DNA of 64,000 nucleotides, from assembly GCF_009914755.1 (NCBI RefSeq), contig NC_060928.1; one strand, written 5' to 3'. The DNA is from the human T2T-CHM13v2.0 reference genome, Homo sapiens. Each line of letters begins with the position of its first letter. Position 1 is the first letter of the stretch. A program made the position numbers and the translations under genes. Under the pieces are notes generated by a model. The model was given only the letters and a program-made list of their open reading frames with translations. It was not told the origin of the DNA and ran no database searches. This document shows, piece after piece, positions 43,810 to 57,985 of this stretch.

Positions 43810-46020
43810 CCACTAATTAAATGATTGTCTCTCATTTCCATGCCCTTTCTTTTATACCTTCTTTTGTAATGCAGAAACTGAGGTGCCATACCTGCATTTC
43901 TTCTTGGTTAGCAGACTTCTTATTGAGCTCTGCCAAAAAGAAATGCAAGAAAATGACTGCAAGGCATGAAGCTGTAAAAGGTACTTGCTTCTTCTTGTTT
44001 TGTGCCACCTTAGCAATTGTTTTTCCCTTCCCAGCAGTAATTGGTTTTAGTCTCCAGATTCCAGAATATATTGATACAGATGCACTTACCATGGATTCCG
44101 GATTTAATGAGTTAGTGCAACTAACTCATTTGTTAACCTGAAACTGCCTATAACACTTTACTTGTTTAATTGATTTAAACTTGAATTTACAATGATGGAA
44201 ATATTATAACAGATTCAAAGGCTTAGGAAGAAAGAAATACTGGAGTGCATTTATCATTGTATGACCTGCAGGCCATCCTCCATTACATCACTAATAGGGT
44301 CTAGAAGATACTCCACTCACTCTAAGACATTGATAAATTCATTAGTGAAGGGAATATCAGAATACATGAAAAGCTCTGTGGTGGCAGTACTCTGTAGGCT
44401 GAGTATGACTGGGGAATGCTGCCATTAAGATGGCTTCTCTAATTTAGTAGGGATGATATAATTACAGAGCAGTGAGGTTGAAGTTTTAGAATTTAACCAT
44501 TATAGACAAGGTATCACATTTCCATAGTGTGCAGCAAGCACACAATAGTGTCAGATTGTTTTGATATACTGGGATTCTTGCTAGTGGTGAATTGCTTATG
44601 GTGTCCCTAGAAATAAAACAGATAGCCTACTCAAATATTTCTTACTTTCTATAACAGGAAAAACTGGAGGCCCGGTGGCCACTCAACTTGAGTCATCAAA
44701 GGAGTTGTCAAATGTCGAAGGAGAGTCATAGTCGCTCACCATGTGTCAGTTCATAGATTTGAGCTTTTTTTCTTGAAGAAGAAATCAAATCCCCTTAACA
44801 TTCAGGTTCCATTACATGATGCAGTCTTTTCTTTGGACCAGTGATTACATGAGCAGTTTTCCTTTTTTCTTTTTCTCACCAAATGCATGGGTATAGGAAA
44901 CCAGAAATGAAAGGTGAATTGGCAACTTTCACTATTATTCCTCATGAGTTACTCAAAAATTTTTATGTTTCTAATCTTGAAAATTTGGAATTTGGTGATC
45001 TGGAAGTCTTAGCTCCAAATGAAATAATTTACAGTTTCATAAAATTGAATATTTAGATAAATACCTGGTTCTGTTGGGATCTCATGCCATTGTTTTTATA
45101 AGAAGATACAATATTATTATATTGGTTGTGGTTATTACCAAGGGGAAAGGGGTTTCCACTATACAATGGTGACATGGAAGACATTTTTGGACAAGGTGAC
45201 TTTCTGGTGTGTGTCCTTGTTCCCTCATGTCTAATTGTAATAGTTTAAGGAAAATCACAATGACTAAAAAGGCTGGACCACTGAGTACACTGACTCTTAG
45301 GAGTGAAATTTTAGGTTACTCAAACAAGTAAAAATTTCAACCACTGAGGCTATGGCTGAGAATAAAATGAGCATGGAATGGAAACAATAAAGTCATAACT
45401 GCACATTCATGGATAGTTACAGAGTTGAAGCACTTACACATACTGTCTTCCTTATTAAATGTGATGTGTGTGCATTTATTTTTCCTTTCTTCTAATTTCT
45501 TATTGTTTTACATAAAGATTATTAATGGTAATTAACTTAGCAATTTAGTCATTAGCTTAAGGAATATTAGAATTGAGCTGGAATTCAATTTGAGGAGGAA
45601 TTAACGTCACCCAAAATTGGGCAGCATGGTTGTTGAAATGTTGTGATCCCTTTTGGGGGAAGAGAGTAAAACTATTTCTAGTTATATGTGTTTACTTTTT
45701 GGTATGGAGGTTTATATATGTATGGAGCATATGTACGGATGCTGATTAGGAATAGGAGTGGACTGTGAGGCTGAGTTTAAATCCACATTTCTTTTTTGAC
45801 TGCTGACTTCCTGTTAGTTTCTACCAATAGGAAATGCAAGATAAATAGTAGACAGCAGGAGGGAGAGGAAGAGACAAAGTCCTTCCCATTTCTTCCATTA
45901 TCACCTCAACAACTGCTTTTCACATTAGCTGAGGCAACAGGTTTCAGTTTCCAGCATCTTCCAATATTCCCAGATCCAGCCTCATTATCCTTCTTAGAGA
46001 TACCAGTGAAAGCTGAGTAG
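43810..46020 (+). mobile_element. Ancient ERVL relic: internal fragments between two related LTR-like pieces (LTR33/LTR16-like)
   Basis: 43890-43970 resembles 45790-45870; ERVL gag-like 'ttcaaaggcttagg..ctggagtg..aaagctctgtggtggc'; PPT-like 'aggagtggactg' at ~45765-45776. Confidence 0.5.
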
Positions 46021-46395
46021 TAGGCTGTATTCAGAGATTTTAATCCCAGCTCTTTAGGGCACCTCATTTTGGACTAGTGACAAAGCGTTGGTAGATGAAC
46101 ACTAGCCTGCACATCATACATTGAGTAACACCAACCCCTAGTACTCGTGAACATGATCACCTTAAGCAGCATTTCGTTCTTGTCTTTAGGCTTTAGCAGG
46201 AACAAGGGTATCTTACTTCTTGCTCCCTTCTTGTTCCTTTTCTTTTAATCAGGTTTATGTTTACAGCTGTCCCACCCACCCCAGGTGAAACAAGCTTAAC
46301 AACCACATAACACATCTTTGGTAGTCTCTAAAATGGTTCATAATTGTGTAACTTTCTCCTACATTGTATCAAAATTGTCTGTGTAGATTAGAGAA

Positions 46396-46806
46396 TGTGG
46401 TGAAAGTGATGACATGTCACTTCTGAAAACTCATCCTGGTTTCTTTCTCAGTCTCTTAGATCATGCACTCTGGGGAAAGCCAGTTGTTATCCTATGAGCT
46501 GCTCTTTGGAGACTTTCACTGGGCAAGGCTTTGAGGCTTTCAGTCAACATTGAGCAAGGAACTGTGGCCTTCTGCCAAAAGTCTTGTGAATGAGCCATTT
46601 TGTTAGGTTATCCATCTGCCCCTGTCAAGCCTTCACATAACTGCAACCCCAGCCGGCACCTTGACTGCAACCTCTTGAGAGACCCTTAGCTAGTACTAGC
46701 CAGCTAAGCTGGATTCTTGACCATCAGAAACTGTGGAATAGAATAAATTTTTGCTTTCTTAAGAATGCTAAGTACTGGGGTAAATTGTTACACAGCAATA
46801 AATACA
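46396..46806 (+). mobile_element. MLT1 (E/F-like) LTR
   Basis: 'ctctggggaaagccag', 'caagccttca..gcaaccccagccggcaccttgactgcaacctc', 'ttgttacacagcaata'. Confidence 0.8.
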
Positions 46807-47374
46807 TTGTATGTCTTCTACCTGTGAAATTGAATTTCAGTTTTCAAAATGTGCCCGCTAAGCAAAATAGTATGACATTGTATAGAGTTTAAGAATGTAA
46901 AGTAATTGCATTTACTTTAAATTTGCCTCCTCTCTCTCTCTCTCTTTCTCTTTCTCACTCTCCTCTTAGGAGGAGGTGTTAGAGTAGTAGATCCAAAGAA
47001 AAGGGACCCTCTAAAGTTCTAAATTACCATGATATGTTATTAAAAACATTAAGTATATATTATGTCCAGCTTTCTGAAATTAATAGGAAGAGTTTGTTTC
47101 TATTTAAGCAATAAAAGAGGCTGAATTTTAAAAACCGAATGTATTTTGAATTATAAAAAGCCATCTAGGAGCATAGGTACTATGGGTTCTCATATCTTCT
47201 ATTCTTTAGATTTATACTTTTCTGCTTTTCTAGTCTATAACTTCCTACAAATAATATTCTCAATGTGAATGTTATGTTGCTTCCTTAAATTCTAAATGAA
47301 TCTCTTCCATTTCCTTAAATTATAAATGTTCTTTCAGTTACTTAAATTCATATTCAAGAGTTGTCTGAATTGTA

Positions 47375-47785
47375 TGTATTAGGCCATTCTCACATCACTA
47401 TAAAGAAATACTGAGACCGGAATTTATTTTTTTTAAAAGAGGTTCAGTTGGCTCACAGCCATCCAGGCTGCACAGGAAGAATAGTGCCAGCACCTGCTTC
47501 TGGAGAGGCCCCAGGAAGCTTCCAATCATGATGGAAGGTGAAGGGTGAGAAGGCATCTCACATGGAGGGGGCAGGAACAAGGGAGGGGGAGGTACACAGT
47601 CTTCTACACAACCAGATGTCGTGACAACTCAGAGTGAGAGCTCACTTTTCACCAAAGGGATGACCCATTCCATTCATTAGGGATCCACCCTTATGACCCA
47701 GACACCACCCACCAGGTCCTACTTTCAACACTGGGGGTTACATTTTAATGTGAGATTTGGCAGGACACATATCCAAACTTTATCA
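47375..47785 (-). mobile_element. MST (MSTB-like) solo LTR
   Basis: tgtattaggccattctcacatcactataaagaaata...gagatttggcaggacacatatccaaactttatca. Confidence 0.88.
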
Positions 47786-48927
47786 CTTTACTTGCTCCTT
47801 TTTTTTTTTTTTTCAATATTGTTTTCTTCATTGTGAGGAAACACAACAATTCTCTTCTCTCAGCTGAAGTTTCTTAGTTAAAAATCCAAAGTTTTCACAT
47901 TTGTGTCTTTGATTTTCTAGTCTTTTCTGAAATTGTTACCAGCTTTGGGCCATAAGCTTTAACACTGTACTAAGATTTTCAACAAAAAGATTTTAAAAAG
48001 TACTTTCATATATATCATAAATATCAAATATATATGTTTTATATATAATATATCATATAAATATATATTATATATGTATATGTGTGTAATAATCAGAAGA
48101 AATTGAACAAGAATAGATTTTTACCTTGGTTGACATTATTACAAGTACTAAGACATGCTCTGTGCCTCTGTGCCTGCTACTTCCAGAGTCCCAGTTCATA
48201 GAGGTGGTATAATTTCTTATGCATAAAATGTTTTGTCTAAGAAAAAGCTCATTTGTTTGAATACGTTTCCCCCTTTTACTATGTTTCCCATTTTGGAGAA
48301 TAATTATGTCTCAATATTATCATTAATTAGTAACTTTACTCACCTATTTGACAGTTATTTACTAGGTTAAATTCCCATATCATCTACAATATGGGCAACA
48401 CTGCTTTGAATGCCAAAAAAAAAAAAAAAAAACTCCTCTTAAGAGAGGCTTGCATTTCAATTAAAGGAATAAGGTATGCATCTAAGTAACTACGGGTATT
48501 ACCATTATTTTATTATTCAATAGAATATATTTTGATAAATTATGGCCCTAAACTTACTAGATGTATTCAATAAAATCATTTATTGTTAATAACAAATATG
48601 TAACCACGTTAACACTTTGGTAAGATTATTAATTTCTCTGAGACATACCCAGAGTTCTAACTTTCAACACTATAAATGTGTAGTAATAAATTAGTTTGAC
48701 AAAGAAGAAGAATTTGATACTCTTCTCTGGAACACTTTTTTTTTTTAAGTGATCTCAATCTCTTCGCCTCCATCCCTTTGTCTTTCTCTGTCTCTCTCCT
48801 TGTCTGTCTTTTTTCCTGTCTGTATTTGAGGATTTTCTCTGTCTAAACATTCTAAAATATTGAGGTTGAAAATTCTTTGGTTCTTCTGCTAATCCTGCAG
48901 TTCATTTTTATGAGTTTACTTAAACGA

Positions 48928-49142
48928 ATATATATATACATTTGTTATAATATTTATATATTATATATTTATATATTATATACATATATTTGTATACTAT
49001 ATATTTGTTTTATATATAATATATTATGTAAATATATATTATATATGTATATGTATATATGTATATGTATATATATAATATATGTATATGTATATATATT
49101 ATATATGGGTATGTATATGTGTGTGTATGTGCATATATATAT
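48928..49142. repeat. TA-rich low-complexity tract
   Basis: Seen directly. Confidence 0.9.
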
Positions 49143-49393
49143 GATTGGGAAGGAAAGGGTTGTTTGCAGAAAGGGAGGAAATTACCTTTAAGTGTGGTTT
49201 TGGGAATGATTAATGGAGCTCAATAAAGTATAGAAAAATCATACATTATTTGAGAAAAGAGTTTTAGATTTGTAAGAAGAGTTAATAGGACTAAAAGGTA
49301 CCATATGATTTAGTTCATGTGACATTGTGTAAGAGAAAATTCTATAGGACAAAAAGTCAGTATTTTCCAAGGCATAGTGGTGAGAAGCAGTGA

Positions 49394-49732
<339 letters not shown>

Positions 49733-50415
49733 AAGGGGGTAATTTTTGAGGTGATGTTCTCTATCTTGATTTAGGTAGTGGTTTCGTGACTATATATGTT
49801 TGTTAAAAAATCACAGGATTGAACGTTACAAAATATGTCACCTGATATGTTATACTATATGTGTGTGTGTGTGTAGACACAAATTATATATACAAATTAT
49901 ATATGAAGAGATAGAGAGGAGAAACAGTGAAAGACAGAGATATTAAAGGGATTCTGATAGTATTAATACCTAGAAATGCTAAATTCTGGCATGGCAATCA
50001 TCCTCCTCTTTCTAAAATAGCTTAAGGTGGATTTATTTAAAAATGGATAATTATAAAGGAAAGGAATTAAATACTGTATTTTAGTTAGACTTGTATCCCA
50101 AGTCGTGAAAAGCAAATAACATTCATGCTTGAACAGACTGCTATTCTGAAGCTTCAGACCAGAGAGGCCTATCTTTTTCCTGCTTTAACAAAGCCGAACA
50201 TAAAGACTGTCTGGAAGAGAAGATAACTTTATCCATGCAGGGAGAGGCATCATTCAAGTTAACCAGTTAGATCCTACAAGAGGAAGTAAAAGAGCAGAAT
50301 GGAGTCCTACATCCATTTTAATAACTAGTTAAAGTACAATGAATTGCTTACCCAACTAGTGAATGTGGCTGAACATTATTGTTCCTGAGACTGACTTCTT
50401 AGCCATTTATTTTAC

Positions 50416-50627
50416 TTCCTGGGCTCAAATGAAGTTCCTGCCTCAGCCTCTCGAGTATCTAGGACTACAGGCATGCATCCTGACATCCAGTTAATTTAAA
50501 AAAAAAAAAAAATGTGTAGAGGCAGGTCTCACTACGTTTCCTAGGCTGGTCTTGAACTCCTGGCTTCAAGCAATCCTCCCACCTCAGCCTCCCAAAGTGC
50601 TAGGATTACAGGCCACCATGCCAGGAC
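50416..50627 (-). mobile_element. AluJ fragment
   Basis: 'ctgggctcaa', 'gtctcactacgtttcctaggctggtcttgaactcctggcttcaagcaatcctcccacctcagcc'. Confidence 0.85.
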
Positions 50628-51760
50628 AATCATTTCTTTTTTTGTTTCTTGCTATACAGCTGATGGTGAAATATGGTTGATAATCAAAGATTTGTAGGCT
50701 TAAGGCCATGAGTTAAAATAAAAAAAAAAAAGTTCTAGTAACCTTCTGATCTTTACTTCAGCTGTTCTTATTTGTCTATAGAGAATTGAGTCACACGAAC
50801 ATCATTAAACTCTGATATTTTCTATAAGCTCAACTGTTTAGATGTGAATTGTCACTTTTTTCAGATGATCCTCATTGGATCTAAGAAAAAATCTAGAAAA
50901 GTAGATCCTATACATTTCTCAGTTGTAAAAGTTTATTTACGGGGCAATCTAGCATACATTGCACCAGAAATGCACTGATGGGATCATAGACTATCATTCA
51001 GCATTCTGGGGAATGTTATCTTTTGAAAGGTCATTCAATATAAGAAAGGTTTCTTTGCTGAAATTCTATCTCCAACACATTAATTTTGTGAATTTGATCA
51101 AGTTACTTAATCACTTTCAGCTTCAAGTTCATCATTTGCAAACAAATTAATACCTATTTCTTAGGAATGTTTTGTGAATTGACAATAGTAAATGCAAAAT
51201 ACCTATTATAATAAATAGCATAGAGTCGAATAGAAGATACCTTCATTTAACTACACTTCACTCAGCTGAGTGTCTAGGAGCTATGTGCACTTTCCCCTCT
51301 ATAAATAATGATAAATATTTTTTTAAAAAAATCATTAAATAAATATGTTTGCTAGTATGATTTTTTTCTAGTATGCCCTAGCACTGTTGTTCCCTTTAGG
51401 GTAGCTACTTGATTATCAAGAGTCCATTGTGCTTGCTTAAAATATTTCTTTTTCTTTTATTTATTATCATTACATAGCTGAATTGATGAAAGTAGAACAA
51501 AAAACAACCTAGGTAAAAGAAATAGTAATTAATATTAAAACTAAATTAAATATATTGGAAAGATTTGGTAAAGATGAATCACTAAAAATGTCAAATTAGA
51601 GGTAGGTGAGGCATTTAAAAAAGATAAGATACTAAAATTTGATTTTTCTAGATGGCATCTACATTGACATTCCCATCTGAAGAAATTGCCCATCATATAT
51701 TAAATGTGTGATTTATGAAAGAAAGAGATGTGAAAGAGATGTCTATTGGTGTATGCCTAA

Positions 51761-52258
51761 TATAGGAGAGGAAATATCTCTTTTCTTACCCATTGCTAAG
51801 TTCATGGCTGAGGCACCCATAACAAAAGACAGATAAGCAAGAAGAAAGTATAAAAATCTGCTTAATGTAAGTTTTATGTGACACAGGAGCCTGCAAAAAT
51901 GAAGATCCAAAGAAACAGAAAAACCTATACATTTTTGTGCTTGGATTTAATGAAGAATGGACAATCTTGGAGAAGTATGACCTAATATTAACAAACTGGG
52001 GGGAACTTACCAAAGCCTGTTTGCTCATATTTTTCTCTGTGTCCCTGTGTCTTCAGAGACAATGACAATCCTCTGGGTATAGGGAGAGAACAGAAGTGAG
52101 GGTGTTATGACCTACTTCAGGTGAAGGTTAGCCAGATTTTATGGCTTGTTTTAGACGGGGGAGAGGGAAGGGGAAGGTGAGAGTGATCTTCCTGCTTCTA
52201 CTCTTTTTCCAAATGTGATGGTGCCCTATTTTAGGGCAGTGTGTTCTGAATCCAGTCA
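51761..52258 (-). mobile_element. ERV1 (MER4-group) solo LTR
   Basis: Minus strand starts tgactggattcagaacacactgccctaaaatagggcacc; 'taacaaaagacagataagcaagaagaaa' is typical of this group. Confidence 0.6.
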
Positions 52259-53522
52259 ATATTAAAAGAGGCATCCTTGACTTTATATCAACTATTTGGA
52301 GAAAAAAATATATAACTATATGATTTAAATTAAAATAGACACCCATTAAAGTATGAAATTATTTCATAAACTCAACAAATTTTACCTTATTATTCTCTCC
52401 TTTAGTTGGTTTTTCCTAAACAAATATGTGGTTTCATCAGAAAACTTTAATACCTCATATTAAACAAAATAACATAAAATGAAGGAAAATAAAATGAATC
52501 AGTAAAGGTAAATAAGAAAACTTAAAAACTTGGAAAAAATAGAAATGTATCACTAAGACATTTCATGCTGAGAAAAGGAAGTTAAAGTTTCAACGCACGT
52601 CTAGGGGATAACTGAGAAGATGGAAATTGTGTTTATAATGATGTGACATCCAGGGATGGGTTCCAGGCTGAGCATTCCTCAAAGGACCTGGTGAGATTGC
52701 CAGAGGTAAAGCACTCTTTGACATATGCCAAAAGTTTAAATATTACATGCCTGGGAGAAGAGAAAAAAAATGCTGCAATCATTCAAGTAAAATTCCAACT
52801 GCCTCCCTAGTTGGCTTGTGTGTATTTGGAATAGATATCAAATAAATCATTTCTCTCCTTCACAGCAAGTGGGAAGGTTGATATATCCTGCTCAGATTCA
52901 AGGCTAGCCCTGTGAAAAGGTGCAAGAAACTGTTCAGGTAAAGTGATGTGTGGAATATGGATTATTTTCACCTGGCCTAATAACATCTCTTAAAATATGT
53001 GTGTATGTGTGTGTATGTGGTTACCAAAATTTCCACCTTTGTCATTGAAAGCCTTTGGATTAAAACATGATTTTTTTAATTTCAAATAGAAAATTGACAA
53101 AGTTTAAAAAATTTGCCAGCATCCATATTGCAGTGTATCTCATGAAATGCTGGCACATGTTTTTGTAAGTTTGGTGGTTGGAGGGGGTGTAATTTAGCAG
53201 TAACTACAAACATTTAACATAAAAACATTATTTTGTATGAAATTTTTTTTCATGGTTCTCATATTATACAATACCCTCATACACATTGTGAAATGAAGTA
53301 TGTAGCAATATGTTTATTGCTTACAAGTCCAAAAGAAGCTGTAAACAACCTAAATGTTCATCAGTAACAAAAGGTTAAATAAATCAATGCAAACGTAAAT
53401 AATGCAGGAAGTTTTTTAAAAAATAAGATATATTCACATATGATTATTGAATAAATATTCCCAAGGTAAATTAAGTGAGATAAAAGAACAGAATGAACAG
53501 TATCTTTGTTCTATATAAATAT

Positions 53523-53890
53523 TGATATGGTTTGTCTGTGTCCCCACCAAAATCTCATCTTGAATTGTAACTCTCACAATTCCCATGTGTTCTGGAAGGG
53601 ACCAGTAGGAGGTAATTGAATTTTGGGGGTGGGTCTTTTCTGCACTGTTATCATGATAGCGAATGAGTATCATGAGATCTGATGGTTTTAAAAATGGGAG
53701 TTTCCCTGCTCAAGCTCTCTCTTTGCCTACTGCCATCTATATAAGATGTGACTTGCTCCTCCTTGCCTTCCGCCATGATTTTGAGGCCTCCCCAGCCATG
53801 TGGAACTGTAAGTCCATTAAACCTCTTTCCTTTGTAAATTGCCCAGTCTCTGGTGTGTCTTTATCAGCAGTGTGAAAACATACTAATACA
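53523..53890 (+). mobile_element. THE1B-like solo LTR
   Basis: tgatatggtttg...gaaaacatactaataca with perfect 5-bp TSD AATAT; lies within old L1ME-like sequence. Confidence 0.95.
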
Positions 53891-54249
53891 AATATACTTG
53901 CAGTCATGCAATTATAGAAACATTAATTAGAGCTAGTTGTCTATCTAGATATATTTCACATGTGCATAGAAATTTCTCAATGAATACAAAGAAACTGTTC
54001 TTACTGAATATAGAGGGTTAAGTAGGATGATTAATTTCACACTTCATATATACCATTCTATATAATATGGCTCTTAAGAATCATGTGGATGTAATAGTGA
54101 ACACTCCCTCCCCATTCTTGTTTTTCATAATGTTACTACCATTTAATTCTTTGTGCTACCAGAACTAATCCTATATGCCCTTCTTATTTGTTTACATCGA
54201 TAACCATAAGAAGCCCAAGACTCCCAGGACACCACTCATTCCTTAGATT

Positions 54250-55320
54250 CCTATCCCAAACACTTCTAATTGGCCTCATCTTCCATTTCTTTCTAAAGAC
54301 TAAAATATTCTAATGGTACCCTGCAATTCACAGTCCACAATGAGCAAATTCTCCTTTGTCTTCTGTAATTGTTTCATCATTTGGTTCTTCAACCTGAAAT
54401 CTGTTTCTCCTATGAGCACTGCTTCCCCTGTAACCCTGTCACAGGGTAGCCAGAAGAGGGTTCCATATCCTCCTTGTTTCTCATTTCCATTTCCAGGCAC
54501 TCAGATCTAGGTCTCTTGTCTTCAAACTATATCTATACTCTCCTTCCTTGGTGCCATCTTCTACTGATGATTCATTCACTCCTGTTCTTTAAGATTTTAT
54601 TACCTGTCCCACTGCCATTCTATAGCATTACTGCTTTTGTAATTAGTGGCAATTTAATTTCCATGTAAAAATTAATTTTAATATTTTAATGTATGTCCTT
54701 TCACTTCCTATACTCCAATAACGTGTCACCAACCTACCTCAATCACTCTCGTCCCTTTTCACTTGAAATAACCAAAATCCCTGCAGCATTTTCCTTCACT
54801 TTTTCACCTCCACCTCCCTTCTCAGCTCATTCCCAGTACTCTGACAATTCTTTCCCCCATTGCTACATATAATTCACTGCTCATATAACTTGATTGCCTA
54901 TACCCACCTCAAATGGTCATTTCTCTAATGACAAATTAATGAGTCCTTGTTTTTTTTTTAGTTATAGTCACTTCCTTGCTATCCTTAAACTTTCTTTCTG
55001 TTTTATAACTTCATTGTACTTAACTTGCTAAAATGCCAAAACTAATAAAATCCAACTGTCCAACTATGTTTGCCTGCACAGTCAAATATGACTGGGAAAA
55101 ATGCATACAAGGAACAACAGCTTACTACAACAATGTTACATTTGTAACCACCCACCTTAGTGCTGCTTAGCATTCTTAAGCAATTCTTTAGCTCATTCAT
55201 TTGCTCACTTGCTTCATAACTTCTCCCTTTTTATTAAACTTCCAATATCTTCCTGTATCCTTACTCTTATCTGATGATCTTTATTTTTATTTCCAAGAAA
55301 AAAGAAGCAATCAGCAAAGA
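54250..55320 (+). mobile_element. Degraded L2 internal region
   Basis: Pyrimidine-rich strand; 'gcactgcttcccctg', 'tatttccaagaaaaaagaagcaatcag' resemble L2 ORF2; likely continues at 57190. Confidence 0.5.
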
Positions 55321-55335
55321 GTGTTAGCATGACAT

Positions 55336-56913
55336 TGTCACAGGACCTAGGTTGTCACTTCACCTGCCTAAAACCTCTGTGGCCAGTGGTGCTTTTGCCT
55401 GAGTTTTGCTTGGGCCAACTGGGCATATACTGCCCACTTGGCCTGGCAAGCTGCACTAGGCTTGTGCTACCAGCCTAGATCCCATGCCTGCCAAGGGCAA
55501 GTCTGGTGCAGAGCGGAGAGGGGTATATGAGTGAGCAAGCACAGGATCCAGCTACTGCACACAGCCAGGCATGCTGGCTGTGGCAGGGTGGTCAGCTATA
55601 CGTGCCGTCAGAGACACCAGCTCCCTGAGAGGCTGTGGCTGGACCAGACATACCAGAAGCAGCTTCCACTATGCACTGGGGAACATGGTGGCATCTGGAA
55701 GCTTGAAGATGCCAGGAACCACAGAGCCCCAAAGAGGGTGTCATAGTCTTGGCTTGAGGAACTCCTAGTCTGGGCTCCCTGAAGGGCCGCAGCTCTTCTC
55801 TCTCTTTCTTCTCTCCTTCTCGTCACCCGCAAGGTGGAAAGTGGGGGGTGTGTTTTAGTCCTGTTTGTGTTAGAGCTCTTTCAGTCCCACCATTCAGCAG
55901 GTCCCAAATTCTTGTCCCATGTCCAGGAAGAATGAGGTACATGGACTACTGGAGGGTGAGCAAGGTGAAGAGGTGCTTTATTGAGTGACAGTGTGGCTCT
56001 CAGGTGACCCAGAGTGGGTGACTCCTAACCACAGGCAGGTCATCCTGACATCTCTGCAGAACTCAGCAGAGAGGAGACCCAGAGTGGATAGTTCTGTCCA
56101 CAGGCAGGTCATCCTGATGAGTGTACAGCTCTCAGCAGAAAGGAGACCCACAGTGGGTAGCTCTTCTCTGCAGGCAGGTCATCCCATTTGTCTGTTGGAG
56201 TCTGGCTGAGTCCAGGGTGTTTATGAGCTTCAGAGGGGAGGCAGTCTGGGCTCATTGGTCCAGGGGCACCCATGGGCAGGCCTGGATAAAGCACCATAAG
56301 TTCTCTCTCTGATCCATGAAACTGGCAGTCAGGCCCCCAGGCTTCAGGCCATCCCTGGCTTAAATGTGGAATTTCACCAGGGACCCACCCATTTCTGCCC
56401 AGGAGCCTGTCTGCCTCCTGCTGCATTCATGGCACCTGGGATCTTCATGACTAGGGGCACCTGCAGGCCCATGCTGAGCTACCCTCAACCCCTCCTTGGC
56501 CTTCCTCTCACGCTTGTCAGCATCCAAAATCTAGAGGAGGCCAAGGTGGCCAAAGGCATCCCGAGCATGTGTACACATCCTGAGCATGTGTACACCCAGC
56601 TGGGTCGTGACAGTGCTCAGGCTCGGCCACAACTTTGCTGCAAAATCAGAGCAGGTGCCTGGAGTGGGGAGAGGCCAAGCAGCTGGAGCAGGCATTTCCA
56701 AGCCTGTGGGGGCTTCCTGGGTCCCTGCAACTGGGTGGTTGAAGTTGTGCTTGGGAGGGCAGGCCTCTCATCCCACCAGTTTGGAAGGGGGTGGGACTCC
56801 CTCCTGTTTCCAGCTCCCACTGACTCCACAGAGGGAGCAGCCCCAGCCACACCTCGCCTGCTGCAGCCGTTGTCTTTGCAGCAGCCACTCCAGACAGGCC
56901 ACTGCTGCCATCA
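55336..56913 (-). mobile_element. MER52-family ERV1 LTR (~1.58 kb) with internal ~60-bp tandem repeats
   Basis: Minus strand starts tgatggcagcagtggcctgtctggagtggctgctgc; GC-rich; three 'caggcaggtcatcc..ggagaccc..gtgg' units at ~56000-56185. Confidence 0.85.
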
Positions 56914-57189
56914 CTGACACCATACAATTTGGTACAGCTTCATATGTTGCCACACAAAAAAGATGAAGGAATGATTCAGTTGCTCTTTCTGGACATTACA
57001 TTTAGATTTGTCTGGGAGAGTTCCACTTATTCTCGAGGGGGTGGTGGTTTGTATAATAACTAGTTTGTCTCACCTGCTTGGGAATAAAAACAATAATTAA
57101 TAATATTGGTGATTATGTTAGGATGTTAAGATTTTAATTCTTCAGCTCTTACTCTTTTTTTAAATTTACTTCAACCAAGTTTTGTTTCC

Positions 57190-57420
57190 ACCAATCTACC
57201 CAAGTAATGATTTCTACATTGTTACATTCAGTAATCAGTTCTTAGGCTACATCTTACTGGACCTATCAGCATCATTTGAGAGGGTTGATCACGTCCCTCT
57301 TCTTGAAACTTATTCCTTGCTCATCAGTGGGGACACCACTATTATTCTGTTTTTCTTCCCTCTCATTGGCTTCTGTTTTTCAATTTCCTTGGAGAGTTCC
57401 TCCACTTCTCTCTGACAATT
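57190..57420 (+). mobile_element. L2 reverse-transcriptase fragment
   Basis: Translation 'ILLDLSASFERVDHVPLLET' matches the L2/CR1 RT motif LLDLSAAFDTVDH. Confidence 0.8.
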
Positions 57421-57471
57421 AAAATCAGTGTTTGCTGAGATTAGACATTTTTTTCTTCTCTGTTTAGATGG

Positions 57472-57985
57472 TGTGGTAGATTGATTGTAAAATTCCTCTC
57501 AATTTATTTTTCAACCTTAAGCTATGCATGTGTAGTGTGAGGCTGTGGTTCCTGCCATCAAATGATGTAGTCTATTTCCCATTCCTTTTAGTCTGGGTTT
57601 TCTCTAACAGGATGAGACAGAAGTACTACTTTGCCAGTTTTCAGTCTAGGCCTCAAGGGACCTTGCATACTTCCACTTTCTCTTTGGGAACACAAAGATC
57701 ATCATGTGAACAAAGCTGGTTTAGTATATTAAACAAAGAAAAAAAACATGGTTCAATTATATCTGTGATCTCAAATGAGAGCCAAACAATTGTCAGATAT
57801 GCAAAAGAAGGCAACTTAAAATACTCAGTCCCCAGAACACCAAGGAGTTGACCTATAAACAAACACAGCCAACATCAATTAAGCCTAATTTACATTAGCA
57901 GAACTGCCAAAGTGACCTATGGATATGAGATCTATGTCTATAATATGCATGTATTTTTAAGCCACCAAGTTAAGTAGCAATTATT
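57472..57985 (+). mobile_element. MLT1-family LTR
   Basis: Starts tgtggtagattgatt; 'ccagttttcagtctaggcctcaag'; ends near 'ttttaagccac'. Confidence 0.7.

Noticed and set aside
50488-50512. A-run where the antisense Alu linker should be T-rich
   Set aside because: Explained by homopolymer expansion of the short A-run present in AluJ linkers.
56000-56185. Regularly spaced ~60-bp repeats resembling a CRISPR-like array
   Set aside because: Whole units are repeated with no unique spacers; they are internal tandem repeats of the LTR in a mammalian genome.
56366-56917. Longest ORF in the window (183 aa) and its overlapping ORFs
   Set aside because: Entirely within the GC-rich MER52 LTR; no recognisable domain.
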